From positions 2,419,690 through 2,483,689 of the forward strand of contig MU058384.1 in NCBI GenBank assembly GCA_013265495.1: a stretch of 64,000 nucleotides of DNA, in the 5' to 3' direction. Every line of letters starts with the position of its first letter. Within the stretch, counting starts at the first letter, position 1. The notes beneath the pieces were generated by a model. It ran no database searches and was not told the origin of the DNA. It saw nothing but the letters and a program-made list of their open reading frames with translations. Of the stretch, positions 39,950 to 53,044 are shown piece by piece. A program made the position numbers and the translations under genes. The DNA is from Vicugna vicugna. Lineage: Eukaryota.

Positions 39950-40520
39950 CCCTGGGTGTTGTCTTTAAGACATAAATCTGATCATGCCTCTCATTAAAAA
40001 TTCTTTACCAGCTTCCTATCACTGGCAGGATGAAATCTCATCTCCTTAGCATCCGAGAACCTTCATGACCTTACCCCGTCAGTCCAGCCTCACCGGCCGA
40101 ATCATTTCTCCCCCATGCGTCTCTGCTCCTCTGCGCACGGTCCTGACCTTGTGCCCTTATGCAGGAATAAAGTCCTTCCGTTGGAATGCAGCTGGCCTTG
40201 CCTTCCCTTTCTCTCCACTGCATGTCCCAGTCTACCTCCTCTCCCTTCTGAACCACAGCCTCTCACCACCCAACTCCTGTCCCCCTTGTAAGGGTCATCT
40301 GGTGGAGGCTCGGGTTCCCACAAAGCTTTCCTGGACTCCTCAGGGCAGACCTGGGCATCCCTTCCCCACTTTTCCACACGTCCCCACAGAATCTCAGCTG
40401 CCTTCCTTAAACTGCTCATGATACTCTGTGTCATTGTGTTCACACGGTTACCTCCCCACCTGACAGTAAGGCCCTAGGGATCAGGACCTTTGCTTGTCAT
40501 TTGTGTGACCCCAGTGTGGG
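39950..40520 (+). mobile_element. LINE-2 3' fragment
   Basis: cataaatctgatcatg..caggatgaaatc..ccttccgttggaatgc..tgacagtaaggccctaggg. Confidence 0.7.
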
Positions 40521-42354
40521 GAGCTGTAGATACTGTTGTGTTTGTGGAGGTCCTGGAAAGGTCATCTAGAAATCACGAGGAAGATCAGTCAAAGCGGGGG
40601 TTAGGAGATTGAGGTGGAGAGAACGTAGGGAGGGGAGTCGTGAAGGTTGAGCCTGGAAGGCTTTAACTTTGGGGGCTGGGAAGAAGTCAGTAAAAGAGTA
40701 GCTGTGGAAGAAGAAAATAAATCGGGATGGAGCAGTCCTCAGGGTCCTCACGGATGGGCAGGGAGTCACAAGAAAGGCTACGGAATCGGTCAGTAGGCAG
40801 CCAGCGGTGAGCAGTTTCAAGGAGGTCTCTGGATTTAAGAAGCCAGATTTCACAAGATAAGAATTATTTTTATAAGAAGAAAAATAATACAAGTAATCTT
40901 TTTAAGACATAGAGTAAACGATGTCAGCAAAGCAAGGAGATCAAGGACAGTATTTTGAGGTGGTGGCAGGCTAGAGGTAGTATTATTACTTATTTTAAAA
41001 ACTAGAGTGGATTAAAACTCAGTTGTAGACAAAAGAGCCCACAGGAGGAGAAAAGAGTGTAGAAATGAAGAGAGAAAGGGAGCACATCCCCGGAGGAGGC
41101 AGCAGGCAGTGAACTTGGGTTCAGGCAGAGGTCAGGTCTCAACTTGTAACTCCTAGACACAGATTTGGAGATGGAGCAAAAAAAACCTTGAAGTTGTTTC
41201 TTAGAGGATGTTGGAGGCTTGATAGAAATGTGGCCCCCACTATGGTGCTAGTGCTTTGGGGAGAAGGATGAGTTCCTTTGGAGCTCTCTTGTTCCGTGTT
41301 TGTGAATTTAACTAGGTTGACTTTTCAAAGACAACTGCTAATGTTATTAAAGACTTACTGTAATGTTTGGCATTTAATTAGGTTTCTTTTGGAATTTTTG
41401 TCCTTAAGGAAAGTTGCCCAACCTGATGAAACAATGGATTAAATTCTCTATTGAGAAAAGAGAAGAGCAAAGACAAAAATAAGGAATTAACAGAATGGAA
41501 TGATTTACAAAAGGGGAGGTTTAACTTCTCTTATTGGATTTGATGGCGCACGGCATTTTTTGTAATACTGACTACTCTGAGTATGGCAACCTTGAAAGAG
41601 TAGTTGACCTGAGAGAGGGAAGTCAGATGCAATAGCAAAGGAAGAAACAACGATCACTGCTTTTTTAGCAGATAAAGAGACATGTTGCCTTTTTTTTTTT
41701 TTATTTAACAGTAAGCAACACACAAAAGATAGAATAGCAAAGACAGTCAATAAATGATCCAGGTCTTCACAAAGCACCGCGGATTGTTTAAACAAAAGGC
41801 CTTTTGTTTTGCTTTTGTGTCCATGGTAAGGCTGCCTTTTCAGCAATTCCACTTCAGTTCCTGCTAAAGTGAGTAACTTGAGTGGCTGCTGTATTTTGCC
41901 CGGGGCTGCATGAAGCTGCTACATTGAAAGTACTGTGGAGAAGGTTTGTTACCATTCACTGTACAACTGAAGTCCCTGGTGCTGGTGTAGAACTTTTGCA
42001 GGCTATTTGGTACTGAGTCACCTTAGTGCTGCTTCACCACTGCCAGGGAGAGGGCTCTTTCTTTCTAAAGTGACAAGAGATCACCTCCAATTTGGCGGTG
42101 CCCTGATGGTGCTCATCTCGAGCTTGCACACTCATAGTACACTCACCTTAATCGTGGGCATCCAAAGCTTTCGTCTTAATTTAAATCAGCTTTAGTTCTT
42201 CAAGTCTCCTCAAGTGAATTTGGGGATGTGAAGGGAAAAAATGTCAAAAACCAGTTTTCTGCAATGGGCCAATAACATTTGAGGAATAATTCCTTCCATG
42301 GTTGGCCAAGAAAAATAAAGCTAGCAAATAGTTTTATCCAATGGGGTAAGTTTT

Positions 42355-42561
42355 CTTTTTTTTTGTAATTGAAGTACTGTCGGTTATAATGTGTCAGTCT
42401 CTGGTGTACAGCACAGTGTCCCAGTCACGCATATCACGCATATGCTTACATATATTTGTTTTCATATTCTTTTTCATTAAAGGTTATTACAAGATAGTGA
42501 ACATAGTTCCCTGGGCTATACAGAAGAAACTTTTTTTAAAATCCATTTTTATATGTAGTGA
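42355..42561 (-). mobile_element. Young 5'-truncated L1 3' end with 17-bp TSD
   Basis: Antisense copy of the 8564 family; perfect direct repeat ccaatggggtaagtttt at 42338-42354 and 42562-42578. Confidence 0.92.
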
Positions 42562-44319
42562 CCAATGGGGTAAGTTTTAGTATTTAATTTCTAAGGTTTT
42601 TTGGGAGGTTTTTATTCCACTCTGATAGGAATTAATCATAGAGAGAGAATATCAGTCAGAATGACCTTTTTGGGGGGTGCCTGTGTGCATAAATGAGATT
42701 GCCTATGGTGTTTAATGTCAGTGCAGGAGATCCTGGTCCCAGGATATGGAGGGAAAAGAATCTTTTCAATGCCTTTTCAGTATATTAGTCAGCAGAGTCA
42801 TTTCCTGTGTGACTGCTGAGCTGACGACACAATTTACGGTGTACTTTCTCCCATGGGACTCCACCTTCCCCATCCTGACCACTTTATTTCCAAACACACG
42901 AAGTCCATTGAAATGAGAGTCACTTGGAAGAGTGCTACGGTCAGTTGCAGGCCTATGAATTGGGCACTTGGCCGGTCCGTTTTCTCTGTCCCTTGGCAAA
43001 ACCCCTCCATTTCAGAAGCAGCACTTGTTACCATCCCTGTTCCATCTCACTCCTTCCCAAAACTTTTCTGGGAGCTTTCTCTGAAGATGAAGCTTTGCTC
43101 TGACATCTGTTCCACCCGACTAGAGTTGCCCATGATGCAGTTAGTTTTTTAACACTGTATTTGGTCCATGTCTGTGAAATTCTACTGAGACCAAGTGTTT
43201 TTGGAGAGATAACCCTGCTAGAGCACTGAACATCATCTTCCCTGTCTCATCCTCTCCCTACCTGCTCCCCCCTCACCCTCTTTTTCCTGAACATATGATT
43301 GGATCTCCTCCCCGATTAAATTCTATATTGACGTTGGCCCCAACCCATACCCTCCAGTTGTGCTTAATAAACACTGATGACATGGCTGGTGTGCCAGATA
43401 GAAGGCAGGTCACATGCCTTGGGTTCATTAAAATGGAAAATGTGGTCAAGGATAAAATGCATCTGGATGAGGGATGGGAACAGCCCCTCGATCATGTAAT
43501 CACAGTACCCTTTCAAGTACTGATCATTCATTCATTCAGTAAACTCCCTGAGCACGTGCTCACCACCCACACTGAGTAAATTGTGTCAGGCTTCGGCACC
43601 ATTAGGAGGATGCTGGCTTTTACTTTCAGGGCCTGGGAGGCCAGTGGAAAGGAGTGACATGATCTGACTCATCGTTTTTAAATGGTTCAGTCTGGTTCTG
43701 TGTTAAAAGTTTACAGTAAAGGGATCAAAGGTGAGCAGGAGACTGGGTGGAGATGACCACAGGAATCAGGTGAGAGGTGGAAGGGGCCTGAAGCAGGAAG
43801 CATTCTTGGAAGCTGAGCTGAATTAGGACATTCAAATAAAAGCAAGGACTCTTCAAGCTTTTGAAGGGAATCTTGACACCAGGTGCTTCTACAGTAGCAA
43901 AATTAAAGCTGCTTCTGAAACAAAACAGTATTCTTTAGGAAACAAAAGTAGATACTGGCTGTAGCATTTCTCCCCCTCCTTCGGTGATCTGTACCCTCTC
44001 AGCTAAATTCTTCTTCATTCCTTATATCCTGTCTTCCTCTCAAGTTATTCTGTTGGTGAGTGTGGACCCTTTGTGACATAATAGAAGACACAGATTAATC
44101 CTCTTTTCCCCTCAGGCCTTTTAGCATTTCTCACTTCAGGAATATGTAGGAAATCTCAAACTATGAAAATTCCGTTTCCCTCCTCGGGAGCCTCACCGAA
44201 TACCTCCTCTGAGTGGAGGACTTTTCCTCTTTGACTTCCATGCCTACCCCAGATGGCTTTCATGTCCACCACCTTTCATATTATTTCTGCTTCTCTGTGG
44301 CTGCTTACTGGATGCTGAG

Positions 44320-44499
44320 ACGGTTTTTCTCACAGTGTAGCCCTCAGACCAGCAAGGGCTCCACTCGGGAACTTAGAAGTGCAAGCTCTTGGGGCCCGCA
44401 CTCCAGACCCACTGAATCAGAGCCTATGGGAGTGGACCCAGCAAAGTGATTAACAAGCCCCCAGCGGATTCTGATGCACCTTAGTTGGGAGAACCACTG
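44320..44499. mobile_element. hAT-Charlie MITE (MER5A-like)
   Basis: ttctcacagtgt..cagaccagca..ccagacccactgaatcaga..gattctgatgcac..ttgggagaaccactg. Confidence 0.85.
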
Positions 44500-47399
44500 C
44501 TCCGTAGACTGTCTTGTGAACTTGTTTAATCAGTCAGCTAAACTGTAAGCACCTTGAAAGTTGGGACGTACCCTTCAACTTCACCAGCTCATTGCAAGCC
44601 AGGATTGGAACACACAGCTCTTCACCGTCAGAGTGTGAGCCGACCGCCATTCCTCTCCCTGGCTGGTCGCAGAAGGTTACTTGAACAAATTGATTCATTC
44701 CCTTCAGGGAAGCGTCCTTTTCCTTTACATGTGGGTGGTTGTTGGCATATTTTCTGATTGGCCCTCTCTTCCTTCTTACCCGCTGTTAAGTAGGTTATAC
44801 TGTAGCACCTGGAACGGTTTGTCTTCTGTGCACCATTAAGAGTGGAGATATGTACTCTCAGAAGTTTTAGAGAGGCTGGGCATAATCATTAAAGCCATAT
44901 ATTTTCTCCTTATCTTTTTATATTTTATGGTGCTTTGGGTGCAAAGTTTCATTGACATGATGACTGTTAAAGAGGTAGTCTTACAGACTCAAATATGCAC
45001 TTATTGGAAGATAAATTTGGATTTAATACTTCATATATAATAACGTCTTTGTAAGTGTTCCTGTATAGCTAACTCCATATGAGCTGTTACTCTTCAGGGG
45101 AGAGGGGAGAAAAGAATGAATCACTAATGCAGTACTCAACCAGTAGGGCATATGTATTTGGAGTCTGTCACTTAAAGTTGCTATCATATTATCTAGGACA
45201 ATATCCATTGAAAATATGGTGTCCATTAACAACCCATGGTGTCTAAGATTTAACATAAATTTTCAACTCACTTGGTATGCTACAAGTAATTGAATAACTT
45301 AAAAACCATTTGACCATCTATAGTCTCTTAATTATGTTCTAAGTTGTTGATTCTTGAAGATAATCTAAATAAATCCAAGTACAACTATTTTGAAGAGTTT
45401 ACTGAAAATCCAAATGTAAGTTTGGAAAATCCAGTCTACATGACTGGCAAGGAACAATCCTAACTGCAGTATCAGTATGGATTTCTTTTTCTTGTTCAGT
45501 TTTGCCAAACCCAGTAAATTAATGTACTAGAAGACAAATCCCTTCTGTTTTAAAATGCATTTTGGCTTAATATTCATTAAGAAAATAAGTTCTATAGTGT
45601 TTACAAAGTACAGTATTTGAGTGCAGTAAATTTTTCTTGCATGCTTGTTGCTTGAAAGCTCAAACTGGGTTCTTTAGCTACATAATACCTGATGCAGTTG
45701 CTGAACTGGAACTGATTATTGATTTTCTTTTAAACGTATTTATAGTCTCCTGGGTTCTCAGTCCTCTGGTACTGGGCAAAGATACATAACAGAACTGGCT
45801 TTTGACCCTGCTGTTGATAATCTGATGATAAAAACCTGGGATAGAAGTCTGGGAACCCGGGTCTACCAGAAACTTAAACACTTGTGTTTCATAATCCAGA
45901 AGACAGGTACAATATCTGCTTTCCTTCAATTCCCACTGAGATATTTTAAACACAAGTCAAATCAGGACAGCCAAGGGCTTTCAGTTTAGAAAATAATGTT
46001 TATTAAGTGTCAGGAGCAATGGCTTTAAAAATCAGTGATCTGAAAAAAGAGTTTTTTAGGCTGTGGTTCATCACAGGACATCCTCACTGAAGCAGTACAT
46101 CATGACCATTAGTTATAATTGACTTTGGAACTGGAGTCCTCCCAATTGTTGTGACCTTGAATTGTAGCAGAAGGATTATGGAAGATTTAATACTGTTAAA
46201 AAGAAACCACATTCAGATTGGAAAATTGGGTGCATCTAAAATGCTGCACTGCTGTGAAACACCAGCATGGCGCGTTTGACCTGAAAGTTCCAAAACCTTC
46301 CCAGCAACCCCTCCTGGTCTACACGACCACTCTCGGCACAACCCGAAAAATGACAAAGCAGCCTTCTTAGCTGGTCCTTCTGGCTTTTACTGCGACAGTG
46401 CTTGTTTTAAATACTTCCTTTATCATTCCTTTCTCTTCTTGCTTGACGGATAAGTGCTTTGCTTTGGGGCCATAATATACGAGGAACTGAGAAAAGAGAA
46501 TTCTCTTAGGGGCTGATGACTTCTTGCAACTATGATCCTGCCTCTTTGGCAGTAGTTGCAACTATACCTCCTTACGCCTTTTTCTTTGCTATTCTTTCAT
46601 TAAAAATATCAGTTGAACCTTTATACTCTGTGAGACACAGCAGAGGATCTGAGAAGTATGCGATACGTTTTATAATATTAAAGAGTTCAGCCTAGCGTAG
46701 AAGGTTGGAGTTACTAGAGACAGCTTTGTGGAGAAGAGGATTTGAAGTGAACCCCAGAGGAAAGATGCATTTTGGTTAAGCTGTCCTGAAGTAGCACGGT
46801 GAGGGGGTTCCCTGCAAGCGTGGTGGCTGCCAGTGCCGGCCAGTGACCCCGGGCTGCCATCATCTGTAAGAGCATTGGGGACTGGTGTTGGTAATATCCA
46901 TTGTATATTAAGATGTATAATTAATATAAATTTAAGAATTTATTCTTTTTTAGTGTAAGAATTTATAAAGTAATTTCCAGAAGGGATCAAAGGATTTTCT
47001 TTTCCATCTTAAAATGCTGAGTCTACTATATTTTTATTGCCTGCATGAGATGTGTAGTGTTTTCACCTACAGACCTGCTTTCCCTTTGAGGAAGAGTTAA
47101 GAGTCCATCTCTGATATTAATTTTAGTAGACCTTAAATACCAACATTCTTTAGAATGAACGTTTACTTATTTCATTTTTGTACTCATAGTGTTTTTGTTG
47201 TTGCTGTGAAAACGTAAGTGTAGGAAAAATAACTATAATAGAACTTGGTTTAACATCTTTTCGTTTAGGAAAGGGTTTAAGGGGACTAAAGCCCAGAAAT
47301 GAATGCACTGATTTGGTAGATAAAGGCTAGTGTTATTTTGTACATTGTTAACTGTGGTACAGAGAGACATGGAGGAGGGCAGTTTCTCACCATAAGCCA

Positions 47400-47635
47400 G
47401 TTACTCACGGGACAGAACACCCGCTTTGGGGCCAGAGCGTCTGGATTCTAATGTTGGCTCCACCGTTCGGAGCAAGTTTCTTTTTGTGTATCTAGGTTTT
47501 CATGTGTCAGATGTGGATAATTATTATCCCCATCTCTTAGGGACAGTGTGAAGAGTGAATGATTTACTATGTGTAAAGTGCTTAGAACAGAAGCTTATTC
47601 ATAGGGAGCCCTCAATCAAAGTTAATGTCATTAAT
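47400..47635 (+). mobile_element. MIR SINE
   Basis: ctttggggccaga..ctggattctaa..ggctccac..tatgtgtaaagtgcttagaacag. Confidence 0.8.
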
Positions 47636-47877
47636 ATGCAGAGTTGCAACAACTCTGCTGAGAGTTGTTATCAGATCTCGCCTTTGGCCAAGGTGACCCT
47701 TGGTTACTCCTGGCAGAAGTTCTAAGAGCCAGTGTGAAGCACACCACATCCTCATCTCCCTGCTGTGTGATGGTTCAAGTCCAAGTTGGGGAGGAATTTC
47801 CCTCTGTCAGGGCCCAGCATGACTGTGAAGGAAAGAATCTTCTCGTTATACATTAAGCCACTGATATTTTCAAACTG

Positions 47878-47940
47878 TTTGTGACCACTGTATGTTCTAG
47901 CTCATTGTGACTACTGTATGTTCTAGCGCATTGTGACTGA
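47878..47940. repeat. 26-bp tandem repeat (about 2.3 copies) at the 3' end of an MLT1-like LTR remnant
   Basis: ttgtgaccactgtatgttctagctca / ttgtgactactgtatgttctagcgca / ttgtgact, preceded by ttaagccactgatattt (MaLR end motif). Confidence 0.8.
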
Positions 47941-48679
47941 TTCAGTACATTTTGGAACAAAACAGAGAGTGGAAATTAATCAAGGATTTCTAGTAGGGCA
48001 AATTATTTTGACAATAACTCTGAATCTTCTTGCAGCAGACCGTCTCAACATATCTAAAAGATTAAAACAGAAAGTCTAAAGAATGTTTTAATATATGAAG
48101 ATTTGGAGGCCAAAGCGGTATTAAATTCACAAGATGGTTAAATTGGTTAGATGACCATGTTGTTCTCTGACACTGGGTTTTTTTGTTCTTTTTTTCTTTT
48201 GCTTCTGTATTTAAAACTTTGGTCTCCCAAGAAGTTTGCCCATTGTTCTTGCAGTAAAGAAAATAGTTTGACAAGAAAGGAAGGAGGAGGAAATTTGTGG
48301 CTGGGAAACCAGAGGATACAACAAACAGTGACACCTTTATCCAAGCAGTACTGTGGGAACAATAACATGATTTTACTCTAAATTTCTGTTGCAAGAGGAG
48401 TGTGTGTTAAAGAACGAGCTTCCATTACATTTAGTATCTTATTTCCCGCCTGTGGTTGCTGGTGTAACCTGGCTTTAAGTTATGCTTTGCCTTGCTGTTA
48501 CCGTCAGTTGAGTGTTTGAAAAGCCTTTGTTTATTGATGGCTGTACTCACTTACATCTCACTCTACAGACAATAAACTCAGTTTTTAATGAACAAAGCCA
48601 TGGTTTTAGAAACCGGGAGTCGTTGCAACTTGACAAGAGGAAATTTTCCTAGATTTCCCCTTGAGTTGGAATGAGATAA

Positions 48680-48722
48680 ATGACAGTGGAACTTGATGAG
48701 TTTACTAGATTTCAGAAATTTG
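48680..48722 (+). CDS. NHSL1: Candidate internal alternative first exon splicing to exon 3 (MTVELDEFTRFQKF + phase-1 G)
   Basis: ATG at 48680, 14 codons + G, donor TTG|GTAAGA. G+AA gives Glu, in frame with exon 3. Repeat-free context. Confidence 0.35.
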
Positions 48723-49019
48723 GTAAGAGTTTAAAAAAGTTGGTCATCTGCCATAAATTTATATGGCTTCCTTTAATCTTAGATCCAGCCTCATGTTTCG
48801 TTTGATAGGCTGTTATACTACTATTTAAATGTTTTTGTGACGTGAACTTAATCATGGGGAAAAATGGCATTGTCTTTTACACTAGACATAAAAGGAGATA
48901 CACACTGGAAATACTAATAATTGCCAGCCTTTCATGCTTTTAGCACATGAATAATAATTTTGCAGTATTTTGGTCTTAAGATTTAACAGTTATCAAGTCA
49001 TTTGGCTATTTTAATTTCT

Positions 49020-49845
49020 TTTTAATTAAAAATTTTTTAATTGAAGTATAGTTGATGTACAGTGTAGTTTCAGGTGTGCAACATACTGATTCGACATTTA
49101 AATATATTACAAAATGATCACAATAAGTCTAGTAACTGTCACCATACAAAATTATTACAGCATTATTGTCTATATCCCTTATGCTGTGCATTACATCTCT
49201 GTGACTTACTTATTTTATAACTGGAAGGTTGTATCTCTTAATCCCCTTCACCTGTTTTGCCCAACCCCCACCTCCCTCCTCTCTGGCAACCATCCATTTG
49301 CTCTCTGTAACTATAAGTCTGTTTCTGGTCTGTTTTGTTTTTTGGATTCCACATGTAAGTGAAATCATATGGTATTTGTGTTTCTCTGACTTATTTCGCC
49401 AGGCATAATATTCTCTAGGACTATCCATGTTGTTGCAAATGGCAAGATTTCATTCTTCATGGCTGAGTAATATTCCTCTGGTGGGTGCGTGTGTGTGTGT
49501 GTGTGTGTGTGTCTGTGTGTATGTGAGCTATCTTCTCTATCCATTCATCTATTAGTGGGTAATTAGACTGCTTCCATATCTTGGTTATTATAAATAATGC
49601 TGTAGTGAACATTAGAGTGCATGTATCTTTTAGAATTGGTGTTTTTATTTTCTTCAGATAAATACTCAGAAGTGGAATTGCTGGATTGTATGATAGTTCT
49701 ATTTTTAATTTTTTGAGGATCCTTCATACTGTTTTCCATAGTGGCTGCACCAACTTACATCCCCACCAACAATGCATGGGGGTTCCCTTTTCCTTACATC
49801 TTTGCCAGTACTTGTTATTTGTTGTCTTTTTGATGATAGCATTTT
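49020..49845 (-). mobile_element. L1 (L1MA-like) 3' region with internal (TG)n
   Basis: ttgaagtatagttgatgtac.., ctctggcaaccatc, catgttgttgcaaatggcaagatttcattc, gtggctgcaccaacttacatccccaccaaca. Confidence 0.93.
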
Positions 49846-51704
49846 GGATGTTTTTAATATTATTGCCAAGAATATCAGAGCTAATACCACCTTTTTAGAT
49901 GATCTAGCTTAGCAGTCCCTTGCAGAGGAATCTTTTTCAAACACAGTCTTACATGGTACCTGATACATAAAACACATGTTTTTTTAAATTATAAAATTTT
50001 ATTATTTCAGACTTGTACTTATCATAGGGTCAGTTAATAAGAGGGGAAAATACTATTTTGAACAAGAAAAGGATTTAGTTTAAAAGGGCCTTGGCCTTCA
50101 CTTTGTATTTTGTTTTGTTTGATAGCTTTTGGAAAGCACTGAATTACATGGTAAGTCGTTGCAGGCAGTGATAGTTTTTATTGGTTTGTTTTACAAGGTC
50201 CACCCTGAACCCTTAGGAGACTTCAGTTTTTTAGACCACGGAAAAATTAACTTCGCAGTACAAGTTAATGACATGTAAAACCATGGAGCTGAGTGCTATT
50301 TTTTTATCTTAGCTTGAAGATAAGGAAAATAAAATCAAATATTTACAGAATCCCAGAACTCTGCACAGAATACCATTTGAAAACTAGTCATCATGCTTTA
50401 TGTAAAATATTTCTGTAGAATGAGAGTATAGGGTCTAGTTGTACCATTTATTTTTATAGAGAAGTTGTCAAATATTGGGAAAAATGTGAAAATACTTCTC
50501 ACTGGAAAGGGTTAGTGTTAGTAAATCCTCATTTTAAAACATGTGCTCTGGAAGTTTCAGAAATTTTAATTTTTTATTTTACTGAATATTAAGAGCGGTT
50601 GCCAGCCCAGCCCACACATTAATTAGCCCATAAATAACTGAAGTAGTCATGTTTAGCTATCCTCTGATTACTTCTACATTTTTTAGTTAGTTTGGATTCT
50701 AAAAAATCCTCATGACTATTTCCATGAGTTTTTTAAAAAATCTGATTTCTAGCTCTGGATTGGAAACTTTGTCTCTCCACACCCACTGTGAGGTAGCAAA
50801 GGAGAGTGAGGATCTTTTTAATTCTCTAGTTGTAGAATTGTTATCCCTCCACCAAAGCGACTGCTCCTCTCCTCTTTGAAGAAGCACAGATCCTAGTGTT
50901 AGGAGGGAACTCTGAGGATGTCCTACTTTAGTTCTGTACCATTAGGTGCATGGTTTAGTAAAGCTGTACAGAGAGGAAACTTCCCCAAAACCAAACATGT
51001 TTCGCCCTCCTTTAGCAAGCTGGATATTTAAAGGAACCCTGTGGCGAATTCTTTTGTAAGGCAGGTGCTCCTCTGGGGTGTCTGGGTAACAGGAAAGCTC
51101 CGTACAGAGCCTTTAAATATCCATTAGAGCTCTTCTTGCTGCGCTCCCCGCCACGGATGGGAGTTACCAGGACAGTGGCTCCTCCTTGAGGAGAACCCCT
51201 GGTCTCTGAGTGGCCAGTGGCCCCCGTGCCCCTGGGTTCCAGGGCCCGCTTCTTACCTTCCACTTGGCGGTGCCAGCCATTCCTCCGTGGACTGGAAGGC
51301 ATCTCAGACTGCCACCTGGCTTCGTGCTAAATTACACACAGTGATTATAGGCTGTTTGGCATCAAAGTTAAATTGAGAAGTAAAAACAAAATGAGAGCGT
51401 TGTAATCCATGATTTCTCTTGACACTTTCAGCTGCTCAGTCTAGGAAACAAAGCTCACATGAGAATTGCTGGTGTTTTTTTGATATGGAATTGCATAATC
51501 AACTGTTAGGTATCAGAAATTATAGTAAGAACCTAGGTTCAAATTCTGAGTCCACAACTTGCTTGCATTACAAAGTAAATAATTTAATTGCGTTAAAGTT
51601 GCCTCAGAGGGTTGTTGTACTGTGTAGAGGTGATCCCTTCAAAGTATATTAACATGGCATGTGTGTGGTAGCTGCTTTACTAATTCGTAGCCCTTTTTTA
51701 TCAT

Positions 51705-51705
51705 T

Positions 51706-51737
<32 letters not shown>

Positions 51738-51740
51738 ATT
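51705..51740. repeat. (ATT)n microsatellite
   Basis: ttattattattattattattattatt. Confidence 0.85.
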
Positions 51741-51853
51741 TTGGAATCTTACTATGCCTAGAGAAATATTACAAGAAAAGATAAATAGAGAGGAGGAAGC
51801 AAATTCTGGTTCCTAACGCCGCCTATCCCCTCCCTGTCCCGCCCCCTCCGCAG

Positions 51854-51981
51854 AATGTGATAAGCTGCGGCGGGATGGCTGCCGTTGTTCTCAGTACTAC
51901 TCCCAGGGACCCGCCTTCGCGGCCAGCTCTGGTCCACTCTGCGCTGAGCACCAAGACGAGGATGAGGAAACAGATCAAAAG
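51854..51981 (+). CDS. NHSL1: NHSL1 exon 3 (128 nt, phase 1-0)
   Basis: Branch-like CTAAC at 51813, C-rich tract, ccgcAG|AA acceptor, AAG|GTAAGG donor. In frame with exon 2: (E)CDKLRRDGCRCSQYYSQGPAFAASSGPLCAEHQDEDEETDQK, recognisably NHSL1. Not in the ORF track. Confidence 0.94.
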
Positions 51982-51992
51982 GTAAGGCTTCT

Positions 51993-52247
51993 AAATTCAG
52001 CATGGGATCCTGGATTTGGATCCCAGAACAGAAAAAGGATGTAAATTGGAAGAACTGGTGAGATCAGCCTGACGTCGGTTTTTTAGTTAATAGTATTATC
52101 CTGCGTTAACTTCTTAGTTTTGGCAAATACATCGTTATTATATAGTATGTCAACGTTAGGGAACACTGGGTGAAGGGTGCACAAGGAAGTCTCAGTACTG
52201 TCTTTGCAATGTTTCTCTAAGTCTAAAATTATTCTAAAGAAAGTAAG
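51993..52247 (+). mobile_element. L1MC-like 3' end immediately downstream of exon 3
   Basis: tgggatcctggattt..cagaacagaaaaagga..ctgggtgaagggt..gtactgtctttgcaa..taagtctaaaattatt. Confidence 0.8.
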
Positions 52248-52294
52248 TTCGGGATCCAAAGAATTCACTAAAGGAATACAATCAGTGTATTGAT

Positions 52295-52535
52295 TTCAGT
52301 GCAGTATTCAATCAGTTACATGAGCTATTAAACACTTTATTATAAAATAGTCTTTCTGGTAGATGATTTTACTAACTGTAGGCTAATGTTAAGTGTTCTG
52401 AGCATGTTTAAGGTAGGCTGGGCTAAGCTATATGTTTGCTAGGTTAGTGTATTAAATGCATTTTCAACTTACAGCGTTTTCAACTTATGATGAATTTATC
52501 AGAGAAAACCTTATTGTAAGTTGAGAAAGAGCTAT
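52295..52535. mobile_element. TcMar-Tigger DNA transposon fragment (MER47/Tigger5-like)
   Basis: cactttattataaaatag..taggctaatgttaagtgttctgagcatgtttaaggtaggct..tattaaatgcattttcaactta..gtaagttgag. Confidence 0.8.
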
Positions 52536-53044
52536 ACAAAGTTCTTTTTATTACAATAGGAAAAGCAGCTATTTCAAAATTGATCTGGTCTATAATTCTA
52601 ATAACCTACTCTTCTCTTATTGGCATGAGTGAGGAAAATTTCAGTGACAAAGTTTCTGAATTTAGTATGGAAGCTACCTTTGTACGTCCTGTGCTTTTGC
52701 TCCCACTTCCTACGGGTCCCTCACCTTAACTGGTGTTCAGGTACCTTCAGGTCAGAGTGAGGGTTTTATTCATTTGCACCCCACGCAGTGTTTAGTGCAT
52801 GATGGGCTGTTTAGCTGGCTTGTTTGTTCAAGAATCATTTACTCAGCAATTACGACTAAGTAAATATTCACCACGAATCAGAAGTCTTTATTAATCTCTG
52901 TGACACTCACCACCACTCACCACATCACAGTGATGCGCTGATGCTTGCCGGCCGTCCATCCAGAGTAGTAATCGTGTGGACCCTGACATGTTCCTTTGGC
53001 CCTCCTCAGTGTGTTCCTACACAGAGCTACTTTAAACACAGAAT

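Noticed and set aside
47878..47940. Short direct repeats as a CRISPR-like array
   Set aside because: Head-to-tail tandem units without spacers, in mammalian intron, no cas genes.
50120..50156. Donor-like CATG|GTAAGT in intron 2
   Set aside because: No ATG in the phase-1 frame before an in-frame TAG.
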